Shown here in pieces: positions 51,461-64,000 of a stretch of 64,000 nt of DNA. The DNA is from Camelus ferus (lineage: Eukaryota). The notes below the pieces were generated by a model that was given only the letters and a program-made list of their open reading frames with translations, did no database searches and had not been told where the DNA came from. Positions within the stretch are counted from its first letter, which is position 1, and the number at the start of each line of letters is the position of its first letter. The position numbers and the translations under genes are program-made. Where the stretch lies: positions 71,922,001-71,986,000 of the forward strand of contig NC_045696.1 of NCBI RefSeq assembly GCF_009834535.1. Direction: 5' to 3'.

Positions 51461-54400
51461 CAGGAGCAAGGAAAACGCTTGTGCAGCTGCTAACCATTAG
51501 CATTGTGCTTTCACCGCATTCCCTCTGTGGGGAGTGTTGCTATAATCCCGGTTCTGGTGAATGAAGTTCGAAGGGGTCGTCGGTTTGCCCTGGTTTACAC
51601 TAGTTGTAAGAAATGGCGCCAGGATGCCCTCAGGCCCTTTTAGGTTCAGCTGAAGACTCTTGGAGTACTTTCTCTTCTCTGAAATGAATCAAGTTAACAA
51701 AACAAGTTTGTCTTCCATAGGGCTGAGAGGTTATTTTGTCATAAGCTTTGTTGTACACAAGTTTGAACAAAGCTATCAGATGACGCACTCTAGCTAATCT
51801 GACTCCAGTTTCAAAATTTAAACTTTGATGACAGTAACTTTGGTAGTGAAGACACCCTCAGGTAGCAGGTTTCTTTAGCTTTCTTTGTCTCCCCCTCCTC
51901 CATCATTCCAGAAAAATTCTGTAGCTCAGTGCTGAAGCGCACAGACTCTGCAGTCAGAAGGCAGGGGTCTCGTCTTTGTACTCACTAGATGTGTTAGAGC
52001 AACGTTGGGCAAATTGGGCAAGTTACTTAATATCTCTCTGCTTTAGTTTCTTTATCTAGGGGGAGATGATGATACAATCCTTTGAAGAGATAACACTAGT
52101 ACCTTGGATTGTGCGAATTAAATGAATTAATACATGTAAAGAGGCTTAAACGGAATTTGGTGCATATGAATCAGTCCATAGATACAGCCTTTGTAAACTC
52201 AACCATTTAGATCAAGCTTTTTGTTTGCTTTTATTTTCCATAAGTTATTGTAGATGTATGCAGATTTCCAGGGTCTTAATTGTGGGACTAGTCCCAGAAC
52301 AAAATTAAGACAGTTGGTGAAAGTGGTGTTAGTGCTCTTCTCCTTTTCCTGATATTTCTTAAGTTTCCAGGGCTCTTCAGATTATTAAACAGACCCATTT
52401 TCTCTCACTTCCCTCCCCCTCTCAAATCTTAGCTGTTATGTATAGAACTATTCTCAAGTATTGTCACCCTGGAAAATTGTTAATGGCATGTAGAATTAAA
52501 AATCTTTTTGGTATATAGAGTGTTTACATGTCTTTTTATGTCATGATTCTCTAGTCACTCAGAAAAGAAATCTGTCTAGTGGAATTTTTAAAATGAGGAT
52601 AAACTGGTATAGAAATTTTTGAATCAGGGTGGAATTATCTCATGGAAGCAACGGCTTAATATTGTTTAAGCCATTGTTTTACATTGTAGTTTAGATAATG
52701 GTGGAAAATGGAAAAGACCAATCAGAACATTATTAGAATAGAAGATTGCAGTTAAAGGGGGGGGGTGCGCGCATGCGCACGCACACATGTGGTTGTCTGT
52801 CGGTCTTCACTGGAAAATGGCAGAAGAGAAATTTAGTTCAACAGTGTTCTTAACACTTAATCAGAGGCTGAAGCTGGATTTACCAAGAAGTAGTCATTTT
52901 CTAGACACATTGACCAGAACAGTCCTTGAATCTATCAGTAAACCTATCAAAGATTGTGATAGGAAGATGCTGTGATTCCCCCTCCCCTTGAAGATCAAGA
53001 AAGTGAGATCAGTTGATTGGAAAGATGTGGGTAAGCAGTAGCCTTCTGAGAAAACCATCTTGTAGAGCTCAAGTACCAAAGCTGTGGGTCTTTTCACAAG
53101 CCCTTGGTGGATGTCAACATCTGGTTCAGTGTGCATCATGGGGCTGTGAGTGTATGGTCCACTCTAGTGATCTGGCCTCCTACATCTCTACTCCAGTGAA
53201 AGGCTAGTTCATTCAGCTACACAGTTTTTTATATATAGTATATGTATATAGGACACATACATAATTACATAGTACCTAATATACATTGTGCTTTTTATGA
53301 CCTGCTTTGTAAAGGGTTTAAAATGGTTAGTTCTTTGTAACTATAGTTTTGTCATATCTTCCAGTTACGGACAGAAAAGACTAAGGTGAAATTGCTTCTG
53401 CAATTTGTTGGTTTGTCAGTGAATTTGTTTTCTGAAAACTGGGTTCACCTTTTGGTGGATGTTGAGCCAATAGACAAACCAAGCCAGAGATCGGGAGAAG
53501 GATTATTATTTGCAAGAAGTAAGGAGAGCACTGTGGATCTTAACCCAAAGCAGTGTCTCCCAGAACAGCAAAATTAGGGAAGTTTGAAGCTAAGGGTACT
53601 TGCATATTCATAAAGGGGCTTGAACAGAGGAGAATTCAGCATAGAATTGGGGCAAAGGTCAACAGAGTCCCAGTAGTCTTGGTTGATTGAAGTCAGGAGA
53701 GTCAACACTCAGGAGAATCAACATCATCAATCCCTGTTCTCCTGGATAGGGGCCTTAGTTCCTGCAGAAGCTCAAGAATATACTGTTATGTTTACCCCTT
53801 GAGGAGGAACTAGGACTCTGCTCTGTTGCTGCACTACTGTTTGACTGCCTTTTCTCTGTTCCCAGCATTCTTATGGGACTTAAAAATTGTTTCTAGACCT
53901 TAATGAACTTCTGCCTGGTTAAGACACCTCACACAAGTCTTTAGGCTTCCTGCTTCTCCATTTCTTATTTATACAAGAATTCAGAGTAAAATTGTGTACT
54001 TTTAAAACTGAAGAGTATCTTCAAGATCACCACTTACAATCTCCTCCTATCTATGTGAGGACACTGAAGCCTGAGCTGTAAAGCGAAAATTAGTTATTGA
54101 GAGAGCAGAAAAACCTTAGATGTTAGCAGAGTTAGTGGCTCTCCAAAGCTCAACCCCTTCTACAAAATCTTATTCCTTAATATTTATGTTTTCACATTAG
54201 AGGGCCATAATGGAAAAAAGATTGAGAAATACTGATGTCAAGTGACTTGTCTGTGGTCACCAGCAGCTGGTTGGTGGGGCCCCTCCAGCCCCACACCCAG
54301 CATTCTTTCTGCTCACCTTGCTTGGCTCCTTCCCTTTACTTCTCTGAGCTTAATTGTTCAGACCTGTGTTATCAGAGAGGTGAATTAGATCAGTATTTTT

Positions 54401-57400
54401 CAGATTATAGTTTGACCAAGATTTTATTTAATAAAGTGGAATAGAACAGAAACTGTCAAAATGCAGGGGAAATTTTCTTTCTTGAAACTTCTGTGTGTAC
54501 CAGGGTTGTGAAGTCAGACATAGTTTTTACTTCAGATTCTAGTCAAAAAAAGTTTGAAAAAGCTGAACTAGATGATCTTAAAGTGCCTGGGCTTTCTACT
54601 TGTCTCTGAGTCCGTTGCCAGGGTCAGCTGCCAACCAAGGAGCAAGCATGTGAGGTGATCAAGGACAAGTTACAGCCAGAACTGTAACTTCTGATTTCTA
54701 GGTTAGTTTCTTCCCACACAGAGAATCTTATTGAATCACTTTGTGGGTTTAAGGTTTAACTAAGATCGTATCTGGACTTGGTTTCAAGTTTTTAAAAATT
54801 GAGATTCTTTTGAAAAAACAATGATAGTTCTTACATGTCCTGTTTAATTATTACTCCGTTTGGATTCTTTTTATAGGGGATGGACTTGGAAGCAAAGAAC
54901 CATGAAGTATGCAACATCCACAGGTACTGACAGTCTGTCCTATTTGGCTTTGCTTCAGACTGTGAGTAATGAAGGGAAATGTGTAATTATTTAATGTGTG
55001 CTTAGTAGAATTAATTTTTATATACTTTTGAAGTTTTGGATTTTCATGATCATTTTCTTTCTTTTTTTTTTTTTTAATTAATTTGGGGAGGGGGAATGAT
55101 TAGGTTTATATATTTATTTGCTTTTAGAGGAGGTACCGGAGATTGAACCCAGGACCTCATGCATACTAAGCATGTGCTCTACTACTTGAGCTATACCTTC
55201 CCCACCATGATCATTTTCTTAGTAAGTATTGAGTCATGGTTTTCACCTCTTTTATGTCAGATCTCTTGCTGTGAGTCTGAAATACATAGGGAAATAGTTG
55301 AGGACATCATATTTGTGTTGTTACTTGTTTGGCCCTCTTTAGTGCATTGAATTGGAAAAGCATAAATATGATGGTCTAAATCAATGCTTTGAAACAGTTC
55401 TTTCAAATAGCAGAACTTTTTTTTTTTTCAAATAAAATTTTATATGGAGTTCCCAGCTATAAACACATAAAAGTGTAATTTCTGGTTGATTTGAGTATAG
55501 CCCTTCCCCCAACACATGCATGCATACATACTTCATCCCAGCAGCCCCTGTGACAACTTGGGCTCTATTAATCCCTATTGAAAAACATTGTTTTAACTTA
55601 TATGAAAATTTATTTTTGGAGAAAAATAAATATTATAAACTGTCAAAGACATTTATTTGATGTGTGTTGATGGCAGTGCATTTTATGCAGCTTGTCATGT
55701 AACACTGATGCTGGTGAACTGGTGCAGTACTGGCTTATATTGCAAGAGAACCACACGCCCTGTGTGCAGAGGGATAGAGGCAGTGGAGCAGAGTGACAGA
55801 GAGCTCACATTCTGTAGTGAAGCTAACGTGGGTTCAAATCATGGATCTACCATTTCTTTCAGCTGTAATTTCAGGAAAGCAGTATCTCTTTTGATCTTAA
55901 TTTCTTCATTTTAAAAATTGAGATTATAATAATAGTATCTACTTCGTAGGATTATTGTGAGAATTTAAGTTCAGATTGAGCCTTTAGCAGAGGACCTGAG
56001 GCATAGAAAGTACTTATTAAAGTATAGCTATTATTAATTATGATGGGTTTTTTTAACTATTATAATTTGATCTTTGATACAACAAAGCGTCTTTTAATTT
56101 TATTTCAAATTGAAAAAGCTGAGTAATTTAAGAATTTATATTTTTAATAAGAGTATCTTGATTTCATGACTTCTAAAGGCTTATTAACAGCTCTCCCTTA
56201 TCTGATCATACTGATGTTGATTTTAAATTGAGGTCAAAGTGGAATGCAAAGAAGATAGCTTGGTTTACCCAGAAAAACAACCTACAATAAGAGGAAAAGA
56301 CAGTATAAGTTAAAGGTATAACTTAACCTTACACAGCAACATCTACAAATACTGGACATTGAAAAGAAATGCACCAATATTAGCTAAAATGGTTATTGGA
56401 GGCTTCATTATGCTGATTTTACCAAATAGCTATGTCTATCAAATATCATAGAATATTTACAGTTGGCCCTCCAGTATCTGTGGGTTCCACATCTGTGGAT
56501 TCAACCAGCCATGGATCACAAATATTCGGGGGAAAAAATTCCCGGAAAGTTTCCAAAAGCAAAGCTTGAACTTACTGTGCACTGGAAACTATTTACACAG
56601 CATTTACATTGTACTTAAAACTACTTATGTAGCATTTACACTGTATTAGGTACTATAAGTAATCTAGAGATGATTTAAAGTAAATGGGAGGGTATAGGGT
56701 AGGTTATGCAAATACTACACCCTTTTATATAAGGGATTTAAGTATCTGTGGGTTTTGGTGTCTGTGGGGTTCCTGGAGCCAATCCCCCATGGATACAGAG
56801 GGCCGACTGTATTTTGCATTCTCATTCCTTGTTCCCCGGTAACACTTGTATATCATTTTCATGGTATTTTAAACAGGACGAAATATTAGCAGGATCCTCA
56901 TTGCAAACAGAGGAGAAATTGCCTGCCGGGTGATACGAACAGCCAAAAAAATGGGTGTACAGTCTGTGGCAGTTTATAGTGAGGCAGACAGGAATTCCAT
57001 GCATGTAGACATGGTAAGTTGTTAAAAACTGAAGTCAAATTTTTTAAGTGATTGTATTCATTTATTGTGTCAGTATTTTTACTTCTTTGTTGACAGTTTG
57101 TATTTGCTAGTGTTAACGGTATTTAAGTAGTTAAGTTGAAATTGCTAATAATTTATCCTGGGAACCTTTTCAAACATAACACCAGTGGAACTAAATAGTG
57201 TGCTTAGTGGTATAGTTAACTTACAGGCAAGGTCCTGTCTTGTCAAGGATTGGTTACAACAGTTTAGAGAACGTGGGTGACCCACAGGTCACATTGTGAG
57301 TGGTGTCTATCTAGATTCCGAGGTATCAGAAGACTGGAGGTCAGTTTAGCAACTACCACTTACTGGCCAAAGGATCTTAGATAGGTCACTTAATGTTTCT

Positions 57401-60228
57401 GAGTCTTGACTTAACTGTAAAATTATAACTGAAAGGACCCTACTCTTCTGAGGTTTGTTAAGTGTTACCCATTGTTACTAACTGTTAACCACCAGACGGA
57501 ACCCAGCCATGGGTGAATTCAGCTACTGGCCTTCTTTATGGCTGCAGCAAGACTCCAGGCACCGACATGAATTCATGGTGGCAGCTTCCTGGGCTTTCTG
57601 CACTGTGCAGCAGTCCCCTGCCACTCTCTAGCCACTTTTCTCTTGAATTCTGTGCAGTGACCATCTCAAACCTGTTTTGCTCCATTCCAACCTGTGGTTC
57701 TCCCTCTGCCCCCTCTTCTCAGCAGGTGATCTTGAACACAGAGCTGAGCTCCCTGCCACAGAATCTGCTCGCTTGCATCTGCACGTGTCCTCTTCCCATC
57801 CAGGGCTGGTTGTCTTCCTGGGCTGTGGAGTCCTCCTCTCCCCTTTTAAGAAACTTCCATTTTCTTCTTTTTTTCACTGTATACTCTCACTCTAAATGAT
57901 ACCATGCACTTCTGTGGCTTTTCTAAAAACTTGCAAATGTCTATTTCTAGCTTCGACTTTCTGTTTGAATGTGGTACACGGCTGTGCAACCTTGGGCTCA
58001 GCATCTCCAGCTGGATGTGTCACAGATGCCAAACCACAATGTCCAAAAGTGAGCTCATCGCCTTTCATCTGTACTGAACCTGCTTTTCCTGCAGACTTCC
58101 CTAACCGGAACATCATCGCTCATAAAAATAATAATGCTAGAGATCTGAAAGTCTTTGAACATCTCCCCTCCTCCTTCCTGGTTCTACCCTCTCCCCCATC
58201 TAGACAGTTGCCAAATGCTGTTAATTCTGCTTCCCAAACATCTTCCATTTCTTTCTGCCCTCCACTGCCTGCACCTTAACTCAAGCCATTATCATCTTTG
58301 CCTGGTCTGATGCTGTAGCCTCCTACACAGTCTCCCTGCTTTTACTCTTGACCTCCTCCCACAATATTTTTTACACTTCAGCCAGACTGATGGCTAAAAA
58401 TCAGTTTCTTCATGTTATCCTCTGCTTTAAATGTTTTAAACCTTTTTATCATCCACCAGACTAGCAATAATTTGAAAGATGGAAAGTATTTGGTGTTGGT
58501 TGATGTAGTTAGAAATTAGTATACTGATGGAAATGTATATTGGTGACAACATTTCAAGGGGTGATTAACCAGGAGCAATTAAAATGTCATGTCTTTCACT
58601 GAACCCTGCAAACATTCCTCTAGATCTCTGTCCAGAGACACACTTACACATATGTATACCTAGAAGCATGTACAAGATGCTACCGGCATCCATTTGCCAT
58701 TACAACTTAAATGTCCGTTAAGAGGTACGTGATTAAATGAACTCAGAATAGTGTGGAACATTATGCAATTGTTATAAAAAATGAGGTAGACATATGTGTA
58801 CTAGTGCGGAAAGAGCTGTCAGGACATACTATTAATGAAAAAAAACAGTTGCAAAAGATGACTCTAGAGTTTGATCTTGGTAAAAACAAAAACTAAAACT
58901 ATTACGTGTTTATGTAAATATATATAAATAAATAAGAATATGGATCTAGAAAGTTATGTCCCAAATTGATCATAGAGGTTATATCTGGAAGGGGTTTGGA
59001 ATGACGGAGAGGGCCAGTGCCAGGGGCTCCTTTGCTTTTGTATTGTTCACATTCTTTAGAATGAGAATAGATTTGTGTTTTGTGGAATTAAAAGTGAAAA
59101 AAAAAAAAAGCCAAGACCTTAAACAAGTCTCATTATGTGTCCCCTTGAGAGAAAATCCAAAGCTTTAACCTCCCACAAGGCCCTCTGAAATCTGCATCCC
59201 CCTGTCTGTCCAGCCACATCTCTGGTCCCTGACCCCTTGCTCACTGTGCTCCAGCCACATGAGCCTCCTTCAGTCCCTCAAATGGGCCAGGTTTCTTCCC
59301 ACCCCAGGACCTTCATATGTGTTGTTTTTTCCACCTGGGAGGCTTGCCCCTATCTCCACTCTGGTTCCCAGCTCCATACCCTCCAGCCATTTGCCTGGCC
59401 GAGTCCTGATCATTCTGAATGAGCTCCCTGACTTTCCCTTCAGGCCTTCTGACCAGCCTCTGGCCTCATTGTCTTGCTCTTACCTGCATTTTGTCCTCTG
59501 TTTTCCCTTCTTGGCCTTTTACTGATGTACAGGCTCCCACCTCAAAGCATGGCACAATAGTGGGCTTTCAGTAAGGCTTTGAATGGATGAAAGACATTTT
59601 CTATGTGGTCTGCTTCAAGGTGTGCTGTGATTTTGTGAAAGTTTTAAGGGACAGTAGAAGATAGTTCACAAATGTATAGGAAGGGTATTATCATACTCTA
59701 ATAATTATATAAATTTTAGTAAACTTTGTAATTTTCTTGCTGTATACGTCTGTTATATATTTTGTCTCTGTTGTCAAATTGTATATTTTTGGCATTAAAT
59801 ACATTTTTAATAAGGTTATTATCGTTGCTAATAATATTGTGGCTAATGCCTGTTGCTTTCTATCCTAAGGCACTTTATTTTACTTTCACTCTGAGTATGT
59901 GTTTTAGACATAAAAATTAAGTTTCGGCATCCTCATGCAAAAGACTCTAAACTGACTAATTCTTACAACATCAACATGAACTGGTGCTTCTGTTTCTAAA
60001 TTCTACATTGTTCTTGAGGAGCCAGCATTTTTATTTATAATAATAAGATGACCCAGCAGCAGTTCTGTACAGTGTCCTAGTGTGTACTAGCTGTGTGGTC
60101 TTTTAAGCAAAAAATACTCATTCCTTCAACAGGCAGATGAAGCATATTCCATCGGTCCCGCTCCCTCACAGCAAAGCTACCTTTCTATGGAGAAGATCAT
60201 TCAAGTGGCCAAGGTCTCTGCTGTGCAG
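51059..60228 (+). CDS. MCCC1: Methylcrotonoyl-CoA carboxylase alpha subunit, exons 1-4 (51059-51147, 54877-54923, 56877-57013, 60133-60228); gene continues beyond the window
   Basis: Spliced translation [123 protein letters not shown]: mitochondrial presequence plus biotin-carboxylase N-terminus (IANRGEIA). Confidence 0.97.
53460..53880. mobile_element. ERV1-like solo LTR in MCCC1 intron 1
   Basis: tgttgagccaatagacaaacc...gggccttagttcctgcagaa...ccttgaggaggaactaggactctg pattern of artiodactyl LTRs. Confidence 0.5.
54877..54923 (+). CDS. MCCC1: MCCC1 exon 2
   Basis: tttttatag| 47 nt |gtactg; keeps the reading frame. Confidence 0.93.
55061..55203 (-). mobile_element. tRNA-derived SINE (same family)
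   Basis: Reverse copy with TSD catgatcattttctt (55046 and 55207). Confidence 0.9.
56460..56809. mobile_element. MER2/Tigger2-like MITE
   Basis: Terminal inverted repeats cagttggccctc...gagggccgactg with TA target duplications. Confidence 0.88.
56877..57013 (+). CDS. MCCC1: MCCC1 exon 3
   Basis: aaacag| [18 protein letters not shown]...HVDM |gtaagt; 137 nt. Confidence 0.97.
60133..60228 (+). CDS. MCCC1: MCCC1 exon 4
   Basis: caacag| [32 protein letters not shown] |gtaaga; 96 nt. Confidence 0.97.
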
Positions 60229-61179
60229 GTAAGAGTTGTGTAGAGGTTTACATTGCAAAAGAAATAAGTTTTGTATGATTTACAGAAAATTATTTATTAT
60301 TTACAAAACTCATTTTCTATTTTCAGCCATTCCCAAGATTTTTACATTGGATTCTGGGGTTGTCATTGTAAACTAGGCGTGTCCCTTCTCAGTCCTCAGC
60401 CACTTTTACCTTACTGCTGAATCCTGTGTACTTTAGGGCTTTGGCGAGACAGGTGGAGGGAAGGTCTAAATTATAAATTTAAATTAAGAGGGAATTCAGC
60501 CCTTTTACCTTTAAAACCAGATACTAGGAACATCAGATCCTCTGGGGGAAATAGATGGTGTTCTAGATTACCAGGAAAAAATAGAATCAAGAAAGGAATC
60601 TTTTTTTCCTCTTGACTTCCCAGTCTCACCTTAGGATCCTACTATGGTTTTCCAATATCGTAGGCTCAAAACTTTGATGTTATTACATGTCTCCTTCATT
60701 CTTCAGAACAAAATAGGAACCAACTTGTGTTGAATCTTTTTTTAAAATGTCTCTGGAAGTTTTTTTAATTATACAGCCAGACTTAATGATCTCTTAATCT
60801 GGATTTCTGGTTCTCAGCTGATTTCCCTAAGTCCCTTACCCATCCAATGAATTCTTCATACTCCTGGACAAGTGTTTCTTAAACACTTGTTTCATTACTA
60901 TCCCCTGCTCTTTTTATTTTTTTATGTATAACTTTGTCCTTTTCTCATCCTATCCCCCAGTAAGTAAATCTTCAGTGGTTACAGGATGAAGTTCAGACTC
61001 TTCAGCCTAGCATTTAAAGAGTTTCCAAAATTTGTCAAAACTCAATTCTCATCACTGGTTCTTTATTATAGTTACAGTAAACTTTTCTCCATCTTTACAC
61101 ACCATGCTGATTTCTTCTAAGCATTTGTTTATATTGTTCCATGTGCCTGAAATGCTCTTTTCCCCCTTCTCTTATCTTT

Positions 61180-62660
61180 TATGCATTTATTTGCCTAGCA
61201 AGCATTAACTGATCTGCTTTGTGCCAGCTACTAAACATGGATGCAGTGATGTCTAAGACACAGTTCAAACCTTATGAAGGTTCACTCTTGTAGATGAGAC
61301 AGATAGTAAAATTTTATACAAGTAAATAATACAATTAAGAATGTTATAAGTGGTAGGAAAAAATAAACAGGTAAGAGGATAAAGATTGGTTAGGAGATGC
61401 TTTTATTTTCATGTATTTATTTTTTAAAACTGAAGTATAGCTGAAGGAGATGCTTTTAAATAGGGTGGTCAGTAGAGGCCTCTCTGAAGAAGTGACCGTT
61501 GAACAGAGACCTGCCTGATGAGAGGGAACCAGCTGCATGGAGAACTGGGAGAGGAAGGTTCAGGCAAATGGGATGGCCAGGACTCTGAGATGAAAGTAAG
61601 TTTGGTGTTCAAGGGACAAAAATATTAAGTGTGGATGGAGTGAAGGCAGTGAGGGGCTGTGGCCTGCAGAATCCAGTCAGCGAAGCTGAAATGCCAGTAG
61701 GTATTTCAGCAGAGGGAATTTAATCTAGGAATTAGTTCCGCCGGTGTTAAGTGTTAGAGGGCTGGAAGGGAAAAAAGAGTGTGTTGAAATTACCTAATGA
61801 TAAAAAACTACAGAAATCAGACACCACCCCTTGGGCTAGGAAGAGATTGGCTGAAGGATCTTCTGCAGCTGTTGCTCAGTTCTCTGTGAAGCGGCGCTAC
61901 CTGGCTGGAAGGGGCATAATGAGGCTGGTTCTGGAAGTTCTAAAAAGAGACTACAGACTGAACTGCTGCTGCCCAGGATGGGAGAGCAGGAAGCTTCCCC
62001 TGCTTCCCTTTTCCCTACAGTGATCCCTGCTGGCAGAACTTGACAGGAGGCCAGCTGCCAAGAAGGGTAATATGCAGAGCCTGGGCACAAAGTGGTGTGG
62101 AAGGTTGGGTTTGGAGCTGGGAAAACCAAATGACACTGGAAGAAAGTGGTAGATGATGAAGCTGAGAGAGAGAGAGGCAGCATCATTTAGAGCGTTATAG
62201 GCCTTGGAAAGGAGGCCTCCACTGACCCCTATTTAAAAGCATCTCCTTCAGCTATACTTCAGTTTTAAAAAATAAATATATGAAAATAAAAGCATCTCCT
62301 AACCAGTCTTTATCCTCTTACCTGTTTATTTTTTCCTACGACTTATAACATTCTTAGTTGTATTATTTACTTGTATAAAATTTTACTATCTGTCTCATCT
62401 ACAAGAGTGAACCTTCATAAGGTTTGAACTGTGTCTTAGACATCACTGCATCCATGTTTAGTAGCTGGCACAAAGCATTTTGCATTTCATTCTAAGTAGC
62501 TATTGGAGGATTTTAAGCTGGGAGTGAAGTGATCTGATTTACACTTTAATAAGGTCATTGTGGCTGCTGGTGGGGAGTAGGCCAGTGGGATGGGGTCAAA
62601 GGTGGGGCTGATGACAAACAGAGCAGGCAGAAGAATTAGGAGTCAGTTACAGTAGGCCTG
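61180..62660 (-). mobile_element. LINE-2 fragment interrupted by an LTR (61658-62135) and by an inverted self-copy (62212-62477)
   Basis: L2 motifs agggtggtcagtagaggcctctctgaagaagtgac...gaacagagacctg; resumes as gccttggaaagga|...|tttgcatttcattctaag...gaggattttaagc. Confidence 0.75.
61215..62477. repeat. Long inverted repeat: 61215-61482 vs 62212-62477
   Basis: Reverse-complement comparison by eye: about 5 substitutions and one 2-bp indel over ~267 bp. Confidence 0.95.
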
Positions 62661-64000
62661 CCCTTCACTGGCATCAGAATTCCTACCTCTTATAGTTTCA
62701 TTCAGATATCCCCCACTTACATAGATGTCTCCCCTTTCCTTTACCAATTTTTGATTTCCTATTCCAGTCATTTTAATACTTAATTAGCTATTATCTTGTT
62801 TAGTGATTTTAATGCCTATCACGGCTCCTCCTCAACTCCGTCGTGCTTAAGAACCCACATCTGAGACTTACTTTTCTGTACTTACTACCATCCCAACAAG
62901 CTGGTACATGGGGTCATTAATTTGAATTAATGAATATATGCAGTTGTTTTGCATTTATGTTTCTCTGTATCAGTGTTTTCTTATTTAGAATCAGTTTCTA
63001 GACTGAATAATTTAGGAATTAATTTATACACACAGATACTTAAATTTTTGCTTGTTCCTAAAACATTTTAATTATTGACTGGAGTAAAAGGTCCTTAGGA
63101 GGGGAAGGAGATGATAATAATACATAGGCTTTATATACTTCCTTAGGAATCCAGTCACTTTAATTTTCAATTTGTATTTATCTCGTGTTTGAGCTTACAT
63201 TAAATAATATTATTACCTCCATTCTACAGGTGTAAAACCTAATGCGCAGGGTACGTGATACCCAAAATCATCTAGTCTTACTGCTCAGAGTGTGCTCCAT
63301 GTCATCATTTGGGAGCTTGGTAGAAAGAAGCAAATTCTTGGGCCTCACTCCAAACCCACTGTTATTTACATTTTTATGCATAATTTGCACTTTTATCAAG
63401 ATCCCCAGGTGCTTTGAAAGCAAAACTTGTCTCATCCTTGAAAGAGAAAGTATTAAACAAGAGTCTCCTGACTCTCAGCCTGGCTGAGCAATAGAACTTT
63501 ATTGCCCTGCAATTTGGGAAAAGGGAAGGTGCTGTTTAATCTGAAATTTCAATTAATTAAAAATAACTTATTTTAAGCCAGCTAGCTTCCTTATTTTATC
63601 ATTGCTTCCTCTAATCAGTCTTCTCCTTAGAGGTGAAAATTCTCTCCCTTTATAGTGACAGTTCATTAAGACCATTTTTCAATTTAAACAACAACCCTGT
63701 AACAAATAAATGATATGCTAATTCTGGGGAATTTTGTCAACTCTGTGCCTGTCTGGATTAGTATTATGTTGTATAGATGCTATAATAACACAAACAGTGA
63801 GAGAAGAATAAAATAGGTTTCACACATTTTGCCTGTATAGTCAAGATTTGAGTTGGCTTCCAAACATTACAGATAGTGGTTAGGACAAAGGATAAAAGCA
63901 AAAAATAAGTAATAGGGGACTATTTTGGGGGGATAGCAGTTGGCATTTAGTCAGAAAACTTAGGCCAAGGAAAGCTACTTTAGTTCTTCCTAACAACCCT

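Noticed and set aside
50928..51493. Several overlapping 60-146 aa ORFs
   Set aside because: Stop-poor GC-rich CpG island; only the MCCC1 exon 1 frame is supported.
60229..64000. MCCC1 exon 5
   Set aside because: The expected AIHPG..FLSEN coding sequence was not found; it presumably lies beyond the window.
1..64000. CRISPR arrays, operons or other prokaryotic systems
   Set aside because: Spliceosomal gene structure and mammalian interspersed repeats throughout; no repeat-spacer arrays seen.

Overview
Eukaryotic (mammalian) genomic DNA. Several copies of a tRNA-derived SINE resembling the camelid vic-1 family suggest a camelid (camel, alpaca or llama), but this is an inference. The window holds the whole LAMP3 (DC-LAMP/CD208) gene on the + strand (ATG at 13133, exons 1-5, canonical last exon 45217-45350) and exons 1-4 of MCCC1 behind a CpG-island promoter (ATG at 51059). 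These are embedded in L1, L2, MIR, LTR/MaLR, ERV-L, MER and SINE repeats. Most entries in the supplied ORF track are spurious. Three observations stand out. (1) A second intact, in-phase terminal LAMP3 exon (37003-37142) encodes its own closing Cys, transmembrane helix and GYXXΦ tail, giving a LAMP2A/B/C-style alternative-tail arrangement. (2) Disabled, colinear motifs of an ENDOD1-like non-specific endonuclease, plus further exon-like segments, lie on the - strand and may be the fossil of an antisense gene overlapping the 5' half of LAMP3. (3) A young, ~97% identical, ~267-bp inverted templated duplication sits in MCCC1 intron 4. All gene, family and repeat names come from recognition by eye, not from database searches.
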